Assembly: GCA_964550365.1 (NCBI GenBank)
Contig: CAZJZC010000002.1
Span: 1 to 49,839, forward strand
DNA from: an uncultured Gemmatimonadales bacterium
Lineage (GTDB): Bacteria; Gemmatimonadota; Gemmatimonadetes; Gemmatimonadales; JACORV01
Direction: 5' to 3'
DNA: 49,839 nt
Within the stretch, counting starts at the first letter, position 1. Each line of letters begins with the position of its first letter. Both the position numbers and the translations under genes were made by a program. Below the pieces are notes generated by a model. It was not told the DNA's origin. It saw nothing but the letters and a program-made list of their open reading frames with translations, and did no database searches. This document shows, one piece after another, positions 37,976 to 45,892 of this stretch.

Positions 37976-38011
37976 ACGAGGCGCGGCGGCCGGAAGGCCA
38001 CCGCGCCTCGT
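37976..38011. terminator. Bidirectional hairpin between convergent DUF2911 and doxX genes
   Basis: acgaggcgcgg(c)ggcc ggaa ggcc(a)ccgcgcctcgt forms 11 + 4 bp of stem with one C/A mismatch and a GGAA loop. Confidence 0.6.
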
Positions 38012-38029
38012 GTCGTACCGGTGCGGGCC

Positions 38030-38521
38030 TCAGGCGGCCAGGCGGACCTCGGCCCGGGCCGCGGCGACCGGGACGGGCCGGGTCAGCAGGCGGTCGAGCG
38101 ACCAGGCGCCACTGCCCCTGACCATCACGATGAGCGCCAGCGCCAGGGCCAGCAGGTGGAATTCGAAGCCCTCACCCTGCTGCTGGCCGGACCAGTTCAT
38201 GAAGAACCCGACCTTGGCGTGCACCGTGACCACGGCGCCCACCATCACCGAGGCGATGCCGAACGCCGCGGCGCGCCCGAGCAGGCCGACGATGAGACCG
38301 AGCGCGCCGAGGAACTCGGCCGCGATGACCGTCGCCGCCAGCGCCGCGGGCAGGCCGACGCCGCCGGTGAGGAACCCCATCGTCCCCTCGATCCCGTAGC
38401 CGCCGAACCAGCCGAGCGCCTTCTGGGCGCCGTGGGGGAACATCACCAGCCCGAGCGCCAGGCGCGCGAGCGCCGCGGTCCTGTCGTCGGTGGTCCGGAT
38501 GAGAGTGCGCAGGCTGACCAT
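38030..38521 (-). CDS. DoxX family membrane protein
   Basis: From ATG 38521, preceded by AGGAGG: MVSLRTLIRTTDDRTAALARLALGLVMFPHGAQKALGWFGGYG...VHAKVGFFMNW, typical of DoxX. Confidence 0.85.
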   Translation of the reverse strand: MVSLRTLIRTTDDRTAALARLALGLVMFPHGAQKALGWFGGYGIEGTMGFLTGGVGLPAALAATVIAAEFLGALGLIVGLLGRAAAFGIASVMVGAVVTVHAKVGFFMNWSGQQQGEGFEFHLLALALALIVMVRGSGAWSLDRLLTRPVPVAAARAEVRLAA

Positions 38522-38548
38522 TGTGACCTCCTGAAGATAATGGGTAAA

Positions 38549-38566
38549 TAGTTGACCAATCATGTA
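38549..38566. promoter_or_regulatory. Degenerate copy (13/18) of the marR-upstream palindrome, upstream of doxX
   Basis: TAGTTGACCAATCATGTA versus TACTTGACATGTCAAGTA. It lies 28-45 nt upstream of the doxX ATG in an AT-rich patch. Confidence 0.35.
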
Positions 38567-38586
38567 TAGGCCGCCGATCGACACCC

Positions 38587-39087
38587 TCAGCCGCCGGCGA
38601 TCGCCTCCCGCACGCCGGCCCGCAGCCGGTCGAGCAGGGCGGCCAGCTGCCGGTGTTCGGCCGGCCGCAGGGCGGCCATCGCCTCGGCGTTGCCCGCGAG
38701 CACCGGCTCGTCGAGCCGGCCGAGCAGGGTGAGGCCGGCGGCGGTGATGTAGCACAGCACCTGGCGGCGGTCCTCCACGCAGCGCTCGCGGCGTGCCCAG
38801 CCGCTCGCCTCCAGGCGGTCCAGCAGGCGGGTGATGCCCGGCTGGTGCTCGATCATCCGCTCGGCGATGTCCAGCGTGGGGATGCCGCCCTTGCCGGCGC
38901 CGCGCAGGATGCGCAGGACGTTGTACTGCTGGGGCGTGATGCCGTACGGCTTGAGCAGGGCCGCGAAGTGCCGGCGCAGCAGGTCGCCCGTCCTCAGGAC
39001 GCCGAGCACCGCTTCCTGGGCCGTGCCGGCGAGCGGGCGCGACTGGCGGATCTCCTGCCGGATCGTGGTCGGGGCGCGGGGCGTCAT
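38587..39087 (-). CDS. MarR family transcriptional regulator
   Basis: ITPQQYNVLRILRGAGKGGIPTLDIAERMIEHQPGITRLLDRLEASGWARRERCVEDRRQV is a winged-HTH of MarR type. I prefer the ATG at 39087 (MTPRAP...), because the longer ORF start at 39117 lies inside the operator palindrome. Confidence 0.85.
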   Translation of the reverse strand: MTPRAPTTIRQEIRQSRPLAGTAQEAVLGVLRTGDLLRRHFAALLKPYGITPQQYNVLRILRGAGKGGIPTLDIAERMIEHQPGITRLLDRLEASGWARRERCVEDRRQVLCYITAAGLTLLGRLDEPVLAGNAEAMAALRPAEHRQLAALLDRLRAGVREAIAGG

Positions 39088-39107
39088 GGGTGGACGATAG
39101 CCGATAT

Positions 39108-39125
39108 TACTTGACATGTCAAGTA
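39108..39125. promoter_or_regulatory. Perfect 18-bp palindrome TACTTGACATGTCAAGTA, putative MarR operator overlapping a TTGACA -35 element
   Basis: The sequence is exactly self-complementary and lies 21 nt upstream of the marR ATG. On the marR strand, TTGACA is followed after 17 nt by TATCGT, then 6 nt, then the ATG. This is an AT-rich island in high-GC DNA. Confidence 0.6.
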
Positions 39126-39154
39126 TCTACGTCCGGCCGCGCCCCGCCGCGGGG

Positions 39155-40378
39155 TCACCTGGCGATGCGGGAGGGCGCGACCACGCTGGCGATGAGCAGG
39201 CCCGCCGCCAGGGCCACGGCCATGGTGATCATGCGGAACGCGGTCTCGACGCCGGGGATGACCTGCCGGTCGAGCAGGGCGGTGAGTCCCCGGAAGCCGA
39301 CGCTCCCCGGCACCAGCAGCAGGATGCCCGGCACCCGCAGGACGGCGGCGGGGCGGCCCAGCGCCCGGTTGAACGCGCTGCCGGCCAGGCCCACCGCCAC
39401 GGCGCCCACGAACACGCCCAGCTCGGGGCCGAGGACCAGGGAGCCGGCCCGGGTGCCGGCGAAGCCCAGGATGCAGGCCAGCATGATCCAGCCGGCATCG
39501 CGGGGCTGGGCCCGGAGCAGGACGGTGAACGCCAGCGGCGCGGCCAGGAGCGCCAGCGCCTCGGTCCAGGCCGGCATCGGGGGCGGGGCGGCGGTCACGG
39601 GCACGCCGAGCAGGGTGTTCATCAGCGTACTGCCGATGGCGACGCCCAGCGCGATCACGACGAAGGTGGTGAAGGCGCCGAACAGCCGCGCCGTCCCGGA
39701 TACCAGGTGGCGGTTGGAGAGCTCGGTGACGGCCACCGTGAGCGAGAAGCCCGGGATCAGGATGATGATGCCGGCGAGCGTCGCAAGGTAGACCGACTGG
39801 GGACCGGCGAGGTGGGCGGCCGCCGCGGCCAGCACCGAGGCGGTGAAGGCCGCCAGCGGGTCGAACAGCCGGGCCAGCGGCGCGTAGCGCGCGCTCCAGG
39901 CGGCGAGCAGGCCGATGACCAGGCCGATGAGCGTCGCGGTGGCCAGTTCGCGCGGCCCCCCGCCGAGGAAGCGGGACGCGGCGGCGGACGAGAGCCCCAT
40001 GGCCACGACGGTCGCCAGGGCGCCGTAGCGCGGCGGCGCCCGCTCGATGGCCTCGAGCCGCGCGGTGCCCTCGCCCGGCGCCATCGCGCCGCGCACGACC
40101 TGCTGGACCACGTCGTGGACCGCCGCCAGCCGGCCGAGGTCCTGTTCGCCGGGCTCGACCCGCACCAGGTGGGTGCGCTCGTCGGCGCGCGGTCCGGCCG
40201 ATATCATGATGGAGGTCGGCGTCGCCAGGAACTGCGCCGGCAGGCCCAGCCGCCCGGCGACCTGGCCCAGGGCGTCCTCGACCTGGTGCGACGGCGTGCC
40301 GAAGACGTGCAGCGCGCGCGCCAGGCCCAGGACGAAGGGGACCGCGTCGCGATCGGGGCCCGGGGATGTAGTTTCCAT
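39155..40378 (-). CDS. Threonine/serine exporter (ThrE) family membrane protein
   Basis: LARALHVFGTPSHQVEDALGQVAGRLGLPAQFLATPTSIMIS..., followed by about 10 TM segments. This is the fused DUF1212-type plus DUF3815-type arrangement. Confidence 0.82.
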   Translation of the reverse strand: METTSPGPDRDAVPFVLGLARALHVFGTPSHQVEDALGQVAGRLGLPAQFLATPTSIMISAGPRADERTHLVRVEPGEQDLGRLAAVHDVVQQVVRGAMAPGEGTARLEAIERAPPRYGALATVVAMGLSSAAASRFLGGGPRELATATLIGLVIGLLAAWSARYAPLARLFDPLAAFTASVLAAAAAHLAGPQSVYLATLAGIIILIPGFSLTVAVTELSNRHLVSGTARLFGAFTTFVVIALGVAIGSTLMNTLLGVPVTAAPPPMPAWTEALALLAAPLAFTVLLRAQPRDAGWIMLACILGFAGTRAGSLVLGPELGVFVGAVAVGLAGSAFNRALGRPAAVLRVPGILLLVPGSVGFRGLTALLDRQVIPGVETAFRMITMAVALAAGLLIASVVAPSRIAR

Positions 40379-40422
40379 GGGTCGCGCATCAAGCTAACAA
40401 CGCCGCCGGACCGGAGGCAGTC

Positions 40423-40689
40423 GTGAGCCGCAAGCCGATGATCGTGGTGACCACCGTCGTCCTGCTCCTGATGGGCTATATCGTGTACGGCAGCATGGCG
40501 CGGGTCGAGAAGCAGTGCGAGGTTTGCATCGAGTTCAACGGCGGCCGGCGGTGCACGCGCGGCGCCGGCGCCACCGAGGAGGAAGCCAAACAGGGCGCCC
40601 AGACGGCGGCCTGCGGCGTCCTGGCCAACGGCATGGACGAGAGCATCCGCTGCGGGAACACCCGCCCGGTGAGCGTCACCTGCTCCTGA
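40423..40689 (+). CDS. Small membrane-anchored Cys-rich hypothetical protein (88 aa, 6 Cys)
   Basis: GTG start (alternative ATG at 40438). TM MIVVTTVVLLLMGYIVYG, then C-x2-C-x8-C-x19-C-x12-C-x9-C. GC3 is high throughout. The gene lies 23 nt upstream of the S46 peptidase gene. Confidence 0.6.
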   Translation: MSRKPMIVVTTVVLLLMGYIVYGSMARVEKQCEVCIEFNGGRRCTRGAGATEEEAKQGAQTAACGVLANGMDESIRCGNTRPVSVTCS

Positions 40690-40712
40690 CCGCGTTCCGA
40701 GGAGACCGAACC

Positions 40713-42821
40713 ATGTCCGCGCGCCGCACCGTCCTCGCCGTCCTCGTCGCCTCCGCCGTGCTGCTGCCGCCGGCCGTCGCCCAGGCGCCGGCCGCCCAGG
40801 AGTTCCCGGGACTCGAGACCGGGAAGATGTGGACGTTCGACGTACCGCCGCTCGAGTACTGGGCCCGCCGCTACGGGTTCCGGCCGACCCAGGAGTGGCT
40901 GGACCACGCGCGCCTGGCGGCCCTGCGCCAGCCGGGCTGCACGGCGTCGTTCGTCTCGGGCACCGGCCTGGTGATGACGAACCACCACTGCGCCCGTGCC
41001 TGCATCGAGTCGGCCACGCGCGCGGGCGAGGACCTGCTGGAGAACGGGTTCTACGCCCGCACGCGGTCCGAGGAGCGGCCGTGCGCCAACATGTGGGTGG
41101 ACCAGCTGCTGAGCATCACCGACGTGACGGACAGCGTGAACGCCGCGGTGCCGGCCGGGGCCGCGCCCTCGCGCGCGGCCGACCTCCGGGCCGCGGCCAT
41201 CGCGGGACTCCAGCGCCGCTGCGGCGCCGGCGCGCCCGACCTCAACTGCCAGGTCGTGGTGATGTACCGCGGCGGCCAGTACAAGCTCTACCGCTTCCGC
41301 CGCTTCAGCGACGTGCGCCTGGTGTTCGCGCCCGAGGGGCAGATGGCGTTCTTCGGCGGCGATCCCGACAACTTCACCTATCCGCGGCACGACCTCGACA
41401 TCGCCTTCTACCGCGCCTACGCCAACGACGAGCCGGTGCGCACCGAGTTCTTCCGCTGGAGCCGGACGGGATCGCAGGAAGGCGACCTGGTCTTCGTGGT
41501 GGGCAACCCGGGATCGACCGGCCGCCTCAACACCGTGGCCCAGCTGGAATACCTGCGCGACGTGCAGTACCCGGCCCAGCTGGCCCAGCTGGCCCGGCAG
41601 ATCGCCGTGTACAAGGCGGTCGGCCAGGCCGACCCGGCGCGCGGCGCGGCCCTGCGCAATACCCTGTTCTCGGCCGAGAACTCGCAGAAGGCCATCGGCG
41701 GCTACCAGGCGGGCCTGCTCGACGTCGCGCTGATGACCCGCAAGCGGGAATGGGAGCAGAACTTCCGCAACCGGGTGAACGCCGACGCGGCCCTGCGCCG
41801 CCAGTACGGCGACGCCTGGACGAACATCCAGACATCGCGCCGGCAGATGCAGGCGCTGGACGTGCGCCGCCGGTACTACGGCGCCGCGGCCTACGGGTCA
41901 CGGCTCATCGGCCTGGCGACGGCGCTGGTGCGGCTGCCGGCCGAGGCCGCGCGAGCGGATTCGGCGCGGCTCGCGCCGTTCCGCGACGCCAACCGCCCGG
42001 CGCTCGAGCGGAGCCTGACCGCCGGCGCCCCGATCGATACCCTGCTGGAGATCCGCCTGCTGGCCGCCTACCTGACCGGCATGGCGGCCGAACTGCCCGC
42101 CACCGACCCGGTGCTGCGCGCGGCCCTCGCGGGCCGGAGCCCCGACGACGCGGCCCGCGCCATGGTCCGCGGCTCGCAGATCCTCACCAACGAGCAGCGC
42201 CGTTCGCTCATGCAGGGCGGCGCGGCGGCCATCGCGGCCTCCGCCGACCCCTTCGTGCAGCTGGCGCGGCTGGCCGATCCGCTCGACAGGGACATCCAGC
42301 GCCAGTGGACCGAGCTGGTGAACCAGGAGGCCCAGAACGACGAACGGGTGGCCCGCGCCCTGCTGGCGGTGTTCGGCAGTGCCGTGGCGCCCGACGCCAC
42401 GTTCTCCCTGCGCATCTCCGACGGCGAGATCCGCCGCTATGCCTACAACGGCACCCAGGCCCAGCCGTTCACCACCTACCACGGTCTCTATGACCGCCAC
42501 GCCGGCTTCGCCGGGCGGCCGCCCTGGAACCTGCCGCCGCGCTGGACCGCCCGCCGTGACTCGCTGAGCCTGTCGACCCCGCTCAACGTGGCCGGCACGC
42601 CGGACATCATCGGCGGCAACTCCGGCAGCCCCGTCATCAGCCGCGACGGCGAGATCGTCGGGCTGATCTTCGACGGCAACATCGAACAGCTGCCGTCGCG
42701 GTTCCTCTTCACCGAGGCCCGCGGCCGCTCGGTCTGGGTGGACTCGCGCGGCATCATCGAGGCGCTGCGCCGGGTGTACGACGCCGGCGCACTGGCCGAC
42801 GAACTGATCGGTACCCGGTGA
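40713..42821 (+). CDS. S46 family dipeptidyl-peptidase (DPP7/DPP11-like serine peptidase)
   Basis: ATG 40713 with GGAG upstream. Signal VLAVLVASAVLLPPAVAQA, GKMWTF, the catalytic His region LVMTNHHCA, and the Ser region IIGGNSGSPVISRDGEIVGLIFDGN. Confidence 0.88.
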   Translation: MSARRTVLAVLVASAVLLPPAVAQAPAAQEFPGLETGKMWTFDVPPLEYWARRYGFRPTQEWLDHARLAALRQPGCTASFVSGTGLVMTNHHCARACIESATRAGEDLLENGFYARTRSEERPCANMWVDQLLSITDVTDSVNAAVPAGAAPSRAADLRAAAIAGLQRRCGAGAPDLNCQVVVMYRGGQYKLYRFRRFSDVRLVFAPEGQMAFFGGDPDNFTYPRHDLDIAFYRAYANDEPVRTEFFRWSRTGSQEGDLVFVVGNPGSTGRLNTVAQLEYLRDVQYPAQLAQLARQIAVYKAVGQADPARGAALRNTLFSAENSQKAIGGYQAGLLDVALMTRKREWEQNFRNRVNADAALRRQYGDAWTNIQTSRRQMQALDVRRRYYGAAAYGSRLIGLATALVRLPAEAARADSARLAPFRDANRPALERSLTAGAPIDTLLEIRLLAAYLTGMAAELPATDPVLRAALAGRSPDDAARAMVRGSQILTNEQRRSLMQGGAAAIAASADPFVQLARLADPLDRDIQRQWTELVNQEAQNDERVARALLAVFGSAVAPDATFSLRISDGEIRRYAYNGTQAQPFTTYHGLYDRHAGFAGRPPWNLPPRWTARRDSLSLSTPLNVAGTPDIIGGNSGSPVISRDGEIVGLIFDGNIEQLPSRFLFTEARGRSVWVDSRGIIEALRRVYDAGALADELIGTR

Positions 42822-42859
42822 GGCCGGACCGGGCCCTGACCCCCAGCCAAGGAACCCGC

Positions 42860-44686
42860 ATGCGCGTCGCACGGGCAGTCACCCTCCTCCTGCTGGGTGC
42901 CCTCGCGGCCCCGCTCACGGCCCAGCAGTCACGCACCATCGCCGTGGGGCAGTCGCTCAGCGACGAACTGAGCGCCGCGGATCCCCTGGGCCGGCGGCGC
43001 AACGCGCCCTACCACGTGTGGACCTTCGAGGGCCGGCGGGGCCAGCGGCTGGTCATCGACATGACGTCGTCGTCGTTCGATACCTACCTCACCCTGCGGG
43101 ACGACATCGGGTCCCGGATCGACAGCGACGACGACTCCGGCGACGAGCAGAACGCGCGGCTGCGCGTGATCCTGCCGCGCGACGGACGGTACCGGATCAT
43201 CGCCACGGCGTTCAGCGAGAGCGGCCGCGGACGCTACACGCTGAGCGTGGCGGGCTGGGAAGCACCGGAGGTGGCCGCGGCGGGCGCCATCGTCGCCATC
43301 GCGCCCGGCGAGTCGCGCCAGGGCCTGCTCGAACCCGGCGATTCGGTCTCCGCCGACGGGCCGTACGAGGACCGCTGGACCGTGGCCGCGCGCGCCGGCC
43401 AGCGCCTGCGGGTGGACCTGAGCTCGTCGGACTTCGACAGCTACCTGCTGCTGCTCGGACCCGACGGGGCCCGCCTCGCCCAGGACGACGACGGCGGCGG
43501 CGGCACCAACGCCTCGATCGGCTTCCGCGCTGCGACGGCGGGCGTCTACACGGTGGTGGCCACGTCGCTGACCGACGAGCCCAGGGCCGGCGTGTACGGC
43601 ATCACCGTCAGCGAGGAGACCGGCGCGTTCGCCGATCCCGGCGCGGCCGCCGCCATCGGCGCGGGCGAGACGCGCGAGGGCCGGCTCGAGGCCGGCGACG
43701 CCACCGGCCCGCGGGGACTGGAGGACCGCTGGACCTTCAGCGGCCGGGCGGGACAGATCGCGCGGGTGGACGTCATGAGCCCGTCGTTCGACGCCTACGT
43801 CTTCCTCCGACACGGCGAGATGGCCGTGGACTCCAACGACGACGGCGGCGAGGGCACCAACGCCCGGCTCGCGACCGTCCTGCCGTCCACCGGCAGCTAT
43901 ACCATCGTGGTCACCACCTACAGCCGTTCGGCCAGCGGCGGCCGGTACAGCGTGGCCCTGGCGGTCGGCGACGCGCCGGCCGGTGCCGGCCGCGTCGAGA
44001 CGATCCGCGCCGGCCAGCGCCTCAGCGGCCGGCTCGAGGCGGGCGACCGCCCGCGGGGCAACGGCGCCTGGCAGGACCTGTGGGAGTTCGAGGGCCGCAG
44101 AGGCCAGGACATCGTCGTCGAGATGCACTCCAGCGACTTCGACAGCTACCTCGAACTGCGCGGCCCCGACGGCGCCCCGATCGCCGAGAACGACGACGGC
44201 GGCGAGGGCCGCGACGCGCTGATCATCACCAGCCTGCCGGCCGACGGACGCTACCGCATCGTCGCGCGCTCGTACGGCGACAGCGAGGCCACCGGGTTCT
44301 ATGAACTGGCGGTCAGTCCCGGCGGCGCCATCGCCCGGCCGGGCCGGACCGTGGACCTGCGCGTCGACCAGGTGACGCTCGGCCGGCTCGAGGCCGGCGA
44401 CAGCGTGGTCGGCGACAGCACCTACGCCGACCTGTTCACCTTCCGCGCGCCCCGCGGCGGCGAACTGACCATCGACCTGCGCTCCGGCGATTTCGACGCC
44501 TACCTGATCGTCAAGGACGCCCGGGGCGGCACGCTCGCCACCGACGACGACGGCGGCAACGGGACCGACTCGCGCATCACGCTGACGGTGGAGTCGGGAG
44601 CGGTGTACCGGGTGTACGCCAACAGCTACGGACAGGACCGGGCCACCGGGCTGTACCGCATCTCGGCCCGCTACGGCGCCCGGTGA
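42860..44686 (+). CDS. Secreted protein made of five tandem PPC (pre-peptidase C-terminal)-like beta-sandwich repeats, no catalytic domain
   Basis: Signal MRVARAVTLLLLGALAAPLTAQQ. Five units of about 110 aa each carry G-x-L-x-x-G-D ... D-x-W-x-F-x-G-R-x-G-Q ... S-x-D-F-D-x-Y-L ... DDDGG-x-G-x-N/D ... G-x-Y-x-I/V. Confidence 0.8.
   Translation: MRVARAVTLLLLGALAAPLTAQQSRTIAVGQSLSDELSAADPLGRRRNAPYHVWTFEGRRGQRLVIDMTSSSFDTYLTLRDDIGSRIDSDDDSGDEQNARLRVILPRDGRYRIIATAFSESGRGRYTLSVAGWEAPEVAAAGAIVAIAPGESRQGLLEPGDSVSADGPYEDRWTVAARAGQRLRVDLSSSDFDSYLLLLGPDGARLAQDDDGGGGTNASIGFRAATAGVYTVVATSLTDEPRAGVYGITVSEETGAFADPGAAAAIGAGETREGRLEAGDATGPRGLEDRWTFSGRAGQIARVDVMSPSFDAYVFLRHGEMAVDSNDDGGEGTNARLATVLPSTGSYTIVVTTYSRSASGGRYSVALAVGDAPAGAGRVETIRAGQRLSGRLEAGDRPRGNGAWQDLWEFEGRRGQDIVVEMHSSDFDSYLELRGPDGAPIAENDDGGEGRDALIITSLPADGRYRIVARSYGDSEATGFYELAVSPGGAIARPGRTVDLRVDQVTLGRLEAGDSVVGDSTYADLFTFRAPRGGELTIDLRSGDFDAYLIVKDARGGTLATDDDGGNGTDSRITLTVESGAVYRVYANSYGQDRATGLYRISARYGAR
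42929..44671 (+). repeat. Five tandem protein-level repeats of about 330-350 nt (approximately 42929-43258, 43280-43612, 43640-43963, 43985-44314, 44339-44671)
   Basis: I aligned the repeat units by eye from the translation. The DNA copies are diverged (protein-level conservation only), so this is not a recent duplication. Confidence 0.75.
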
Positions 44687-44779
44687 GCCGGCCCGCGGGT
44701 CGCCGGAGCGACCGCCAAGCTCTTGCCCCGCCAGCAGTTGCTTCTTATGTTGGCGAAACCTCCGTGGGAGCCCAGCTCG

Positions 44780-45892
44780 ATGCTCGATGCGTTCTGGAGC
44801 TCGGACGAGTTTGATGAACGCGCACATCAGCTGTACAACGAAGCCCGATACGACGAAGCGGTCGAAACCCTCCGGCAGGGCCTGCAGGTCTATCCTGATG
44901 CCGTAGAGCTCCACATCGGCATGGGCTACGCCCGGCTGGCGCGGGAGGAGTTCGCCTGGGCCCGCCGCGCCTTCGTCGACGCGGTGGCGCTCGAGCCCGA
45001 CCACGAGGACGCCCTCGCCGGCGTCGGCGAGGTGCTGCTCAAGGTCGGCTCGCCGGCCGAAGCGCTGGAGTGCTTCGAACGGGTGCTGGCGCTGGGATTC
45101 GGCGAGGACCTCGACATCGTGCTCCAGATGGGGCGCGCCCTGTTCCGCGAGGGCTACGTCGAGGCCTCGGCCCGCTTCTTCGAGACCGCCCGCACGGCCC
45201 ACCCCGAGAGCGCCGAAGCGGCCGCCTGCGTCGGCTACGCCGCGCACCGCCTGTCGAAGGAACGCGAGGCCCTGAAGTGGCTGCGGCGCGCCCTGGCGAT
45301 CGAGCCGGAGCACACCGAGGCGCGCATCTACCTCGCCAACGTGCTCTATGACCGCGGCAGCTACGAGGAATCGCTGGCCGAGTTCGAGCGGACCGAGCCC
45401 GACGACCACTGGGACGAACTCGGCATCTGGCGCGTCATCGAGCTGAAGAAGTCCGTGTACCGGCTGAGCGACGGCGATCCGGAGCTGCGGCCCTGGCTGC
45501 TGCGCCTGGCCGACCTGGCCAGCGAGGCCGACCCGACCGAACTGCTCCTGGCCGAACTCGAGGCGGCCGGGCCGGGCGGCACCCGGGACCCGCAGCAGCT
45601 CGAGCTGTTCGGCACCCTGCTCACGGAGCTGCAGGAGATGCACCGGCGGGCCCGGGGCGGCGAGGTGCATCGCGTGACGACCCTCGACGGGACCAGCTAC
45701 ACCGGCACCTGGGACGAGATCGTCGGCGCCATGCGCGACGACGACACCCGCTTCGCGAACCGGCCGGTCGCCGAGTTCATCCAGAGCACGGCGGAGCGGG
45801 CGGCCAAGCTGGGCGTGAAGATCCCGGTGACCGACGCCGAGAGTTTCATCCGCGGCAGTGCGGAGGCGGGCCTGCTTCGCATCGTGCGGTGA
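44780..45892 (+). CDS. Cytoplasmic TPR-repeat protein with uncharacterised C-terminal domain
   Basis: There are five to six TPR-like helical pairs (YNEARYDEAVETLRQGLQVYPD, IGMGYARLAREEFAWARRAFVDAVALEPD, ...LRRALAIEPEHTEARIYLANVLYDRGSYEESL) and about 100 aa of C-terminal region with no motif I recognise. The start is ATG 44780 (GGGAG upstream) or ATG 44747. The stop overlaps the next gene's GTG (GTGA). Confidence 0.75.
   Translation: MLDAFWSSDEFDERAHQLYNEARYDEAVETLRQGLQVYPDAVELHIGMGYARLAREEFAWARRAFVDAVALEPDHEDALAGVGEVLLKVGSPAEALECFERVLALGFGEDLDIVLQMGRALFREGYVEASARFFETARTAHPESAEAAACVGYAAHRLSKEREALKWLRRALAIEPEHTEARIYLANVLYDRGSYEESLAEFERTEPDDHWDELGIWRVIELKKSVYRLSDGDPELRPWLLRLADLASEADPTELLLAELEAAGPGGTRDPQQLELFGTLLTELQEMHRRARGGEVHRVTTLDGTSYTGTWDEIVGAMRDDDTRFANRPVAEFIQSTAERAAKLGVKIPVTDAESFIRGSAEAGLLRIVR

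Noticed and set aside
39088-39117. Longer MarR start at 39117 (MSSNIGYRPP...)
   Set aside because: That ATG lies inside the 18-bp operator and -35 palindrome. The ATG at 39087 leaves a sensible promoter layout.
42929-44671. Periodic structure of about 350 nt considered as a possible CRISPR-like or mobile repeat array
   Set aside because: The periodicity is at the protein level only (five diverged PPC-like domains within one ORF). There are no short identical direct repeats or spacers.
44695-44715. Weak hairpin gcgggtcgc-cgga-gcgaccgc after the PPC-repeat gene
   Set aside because: The stem is imperfect (one bulged G) and short, with no T-run. It is too weak to call a terminator and is mentioned only as a possible operon break.
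42929-45670. 913-aa minus-strand ORF spanning the PPC-repeat and TPR genes and their intergenic region
   Set aside because: The composition is low-complexity (Ala/Gly/Arg/Val). The plus-strand genes have signal peptides, repeats and TPR motifs. Long stop-free antisense frames are expected at this GC content.
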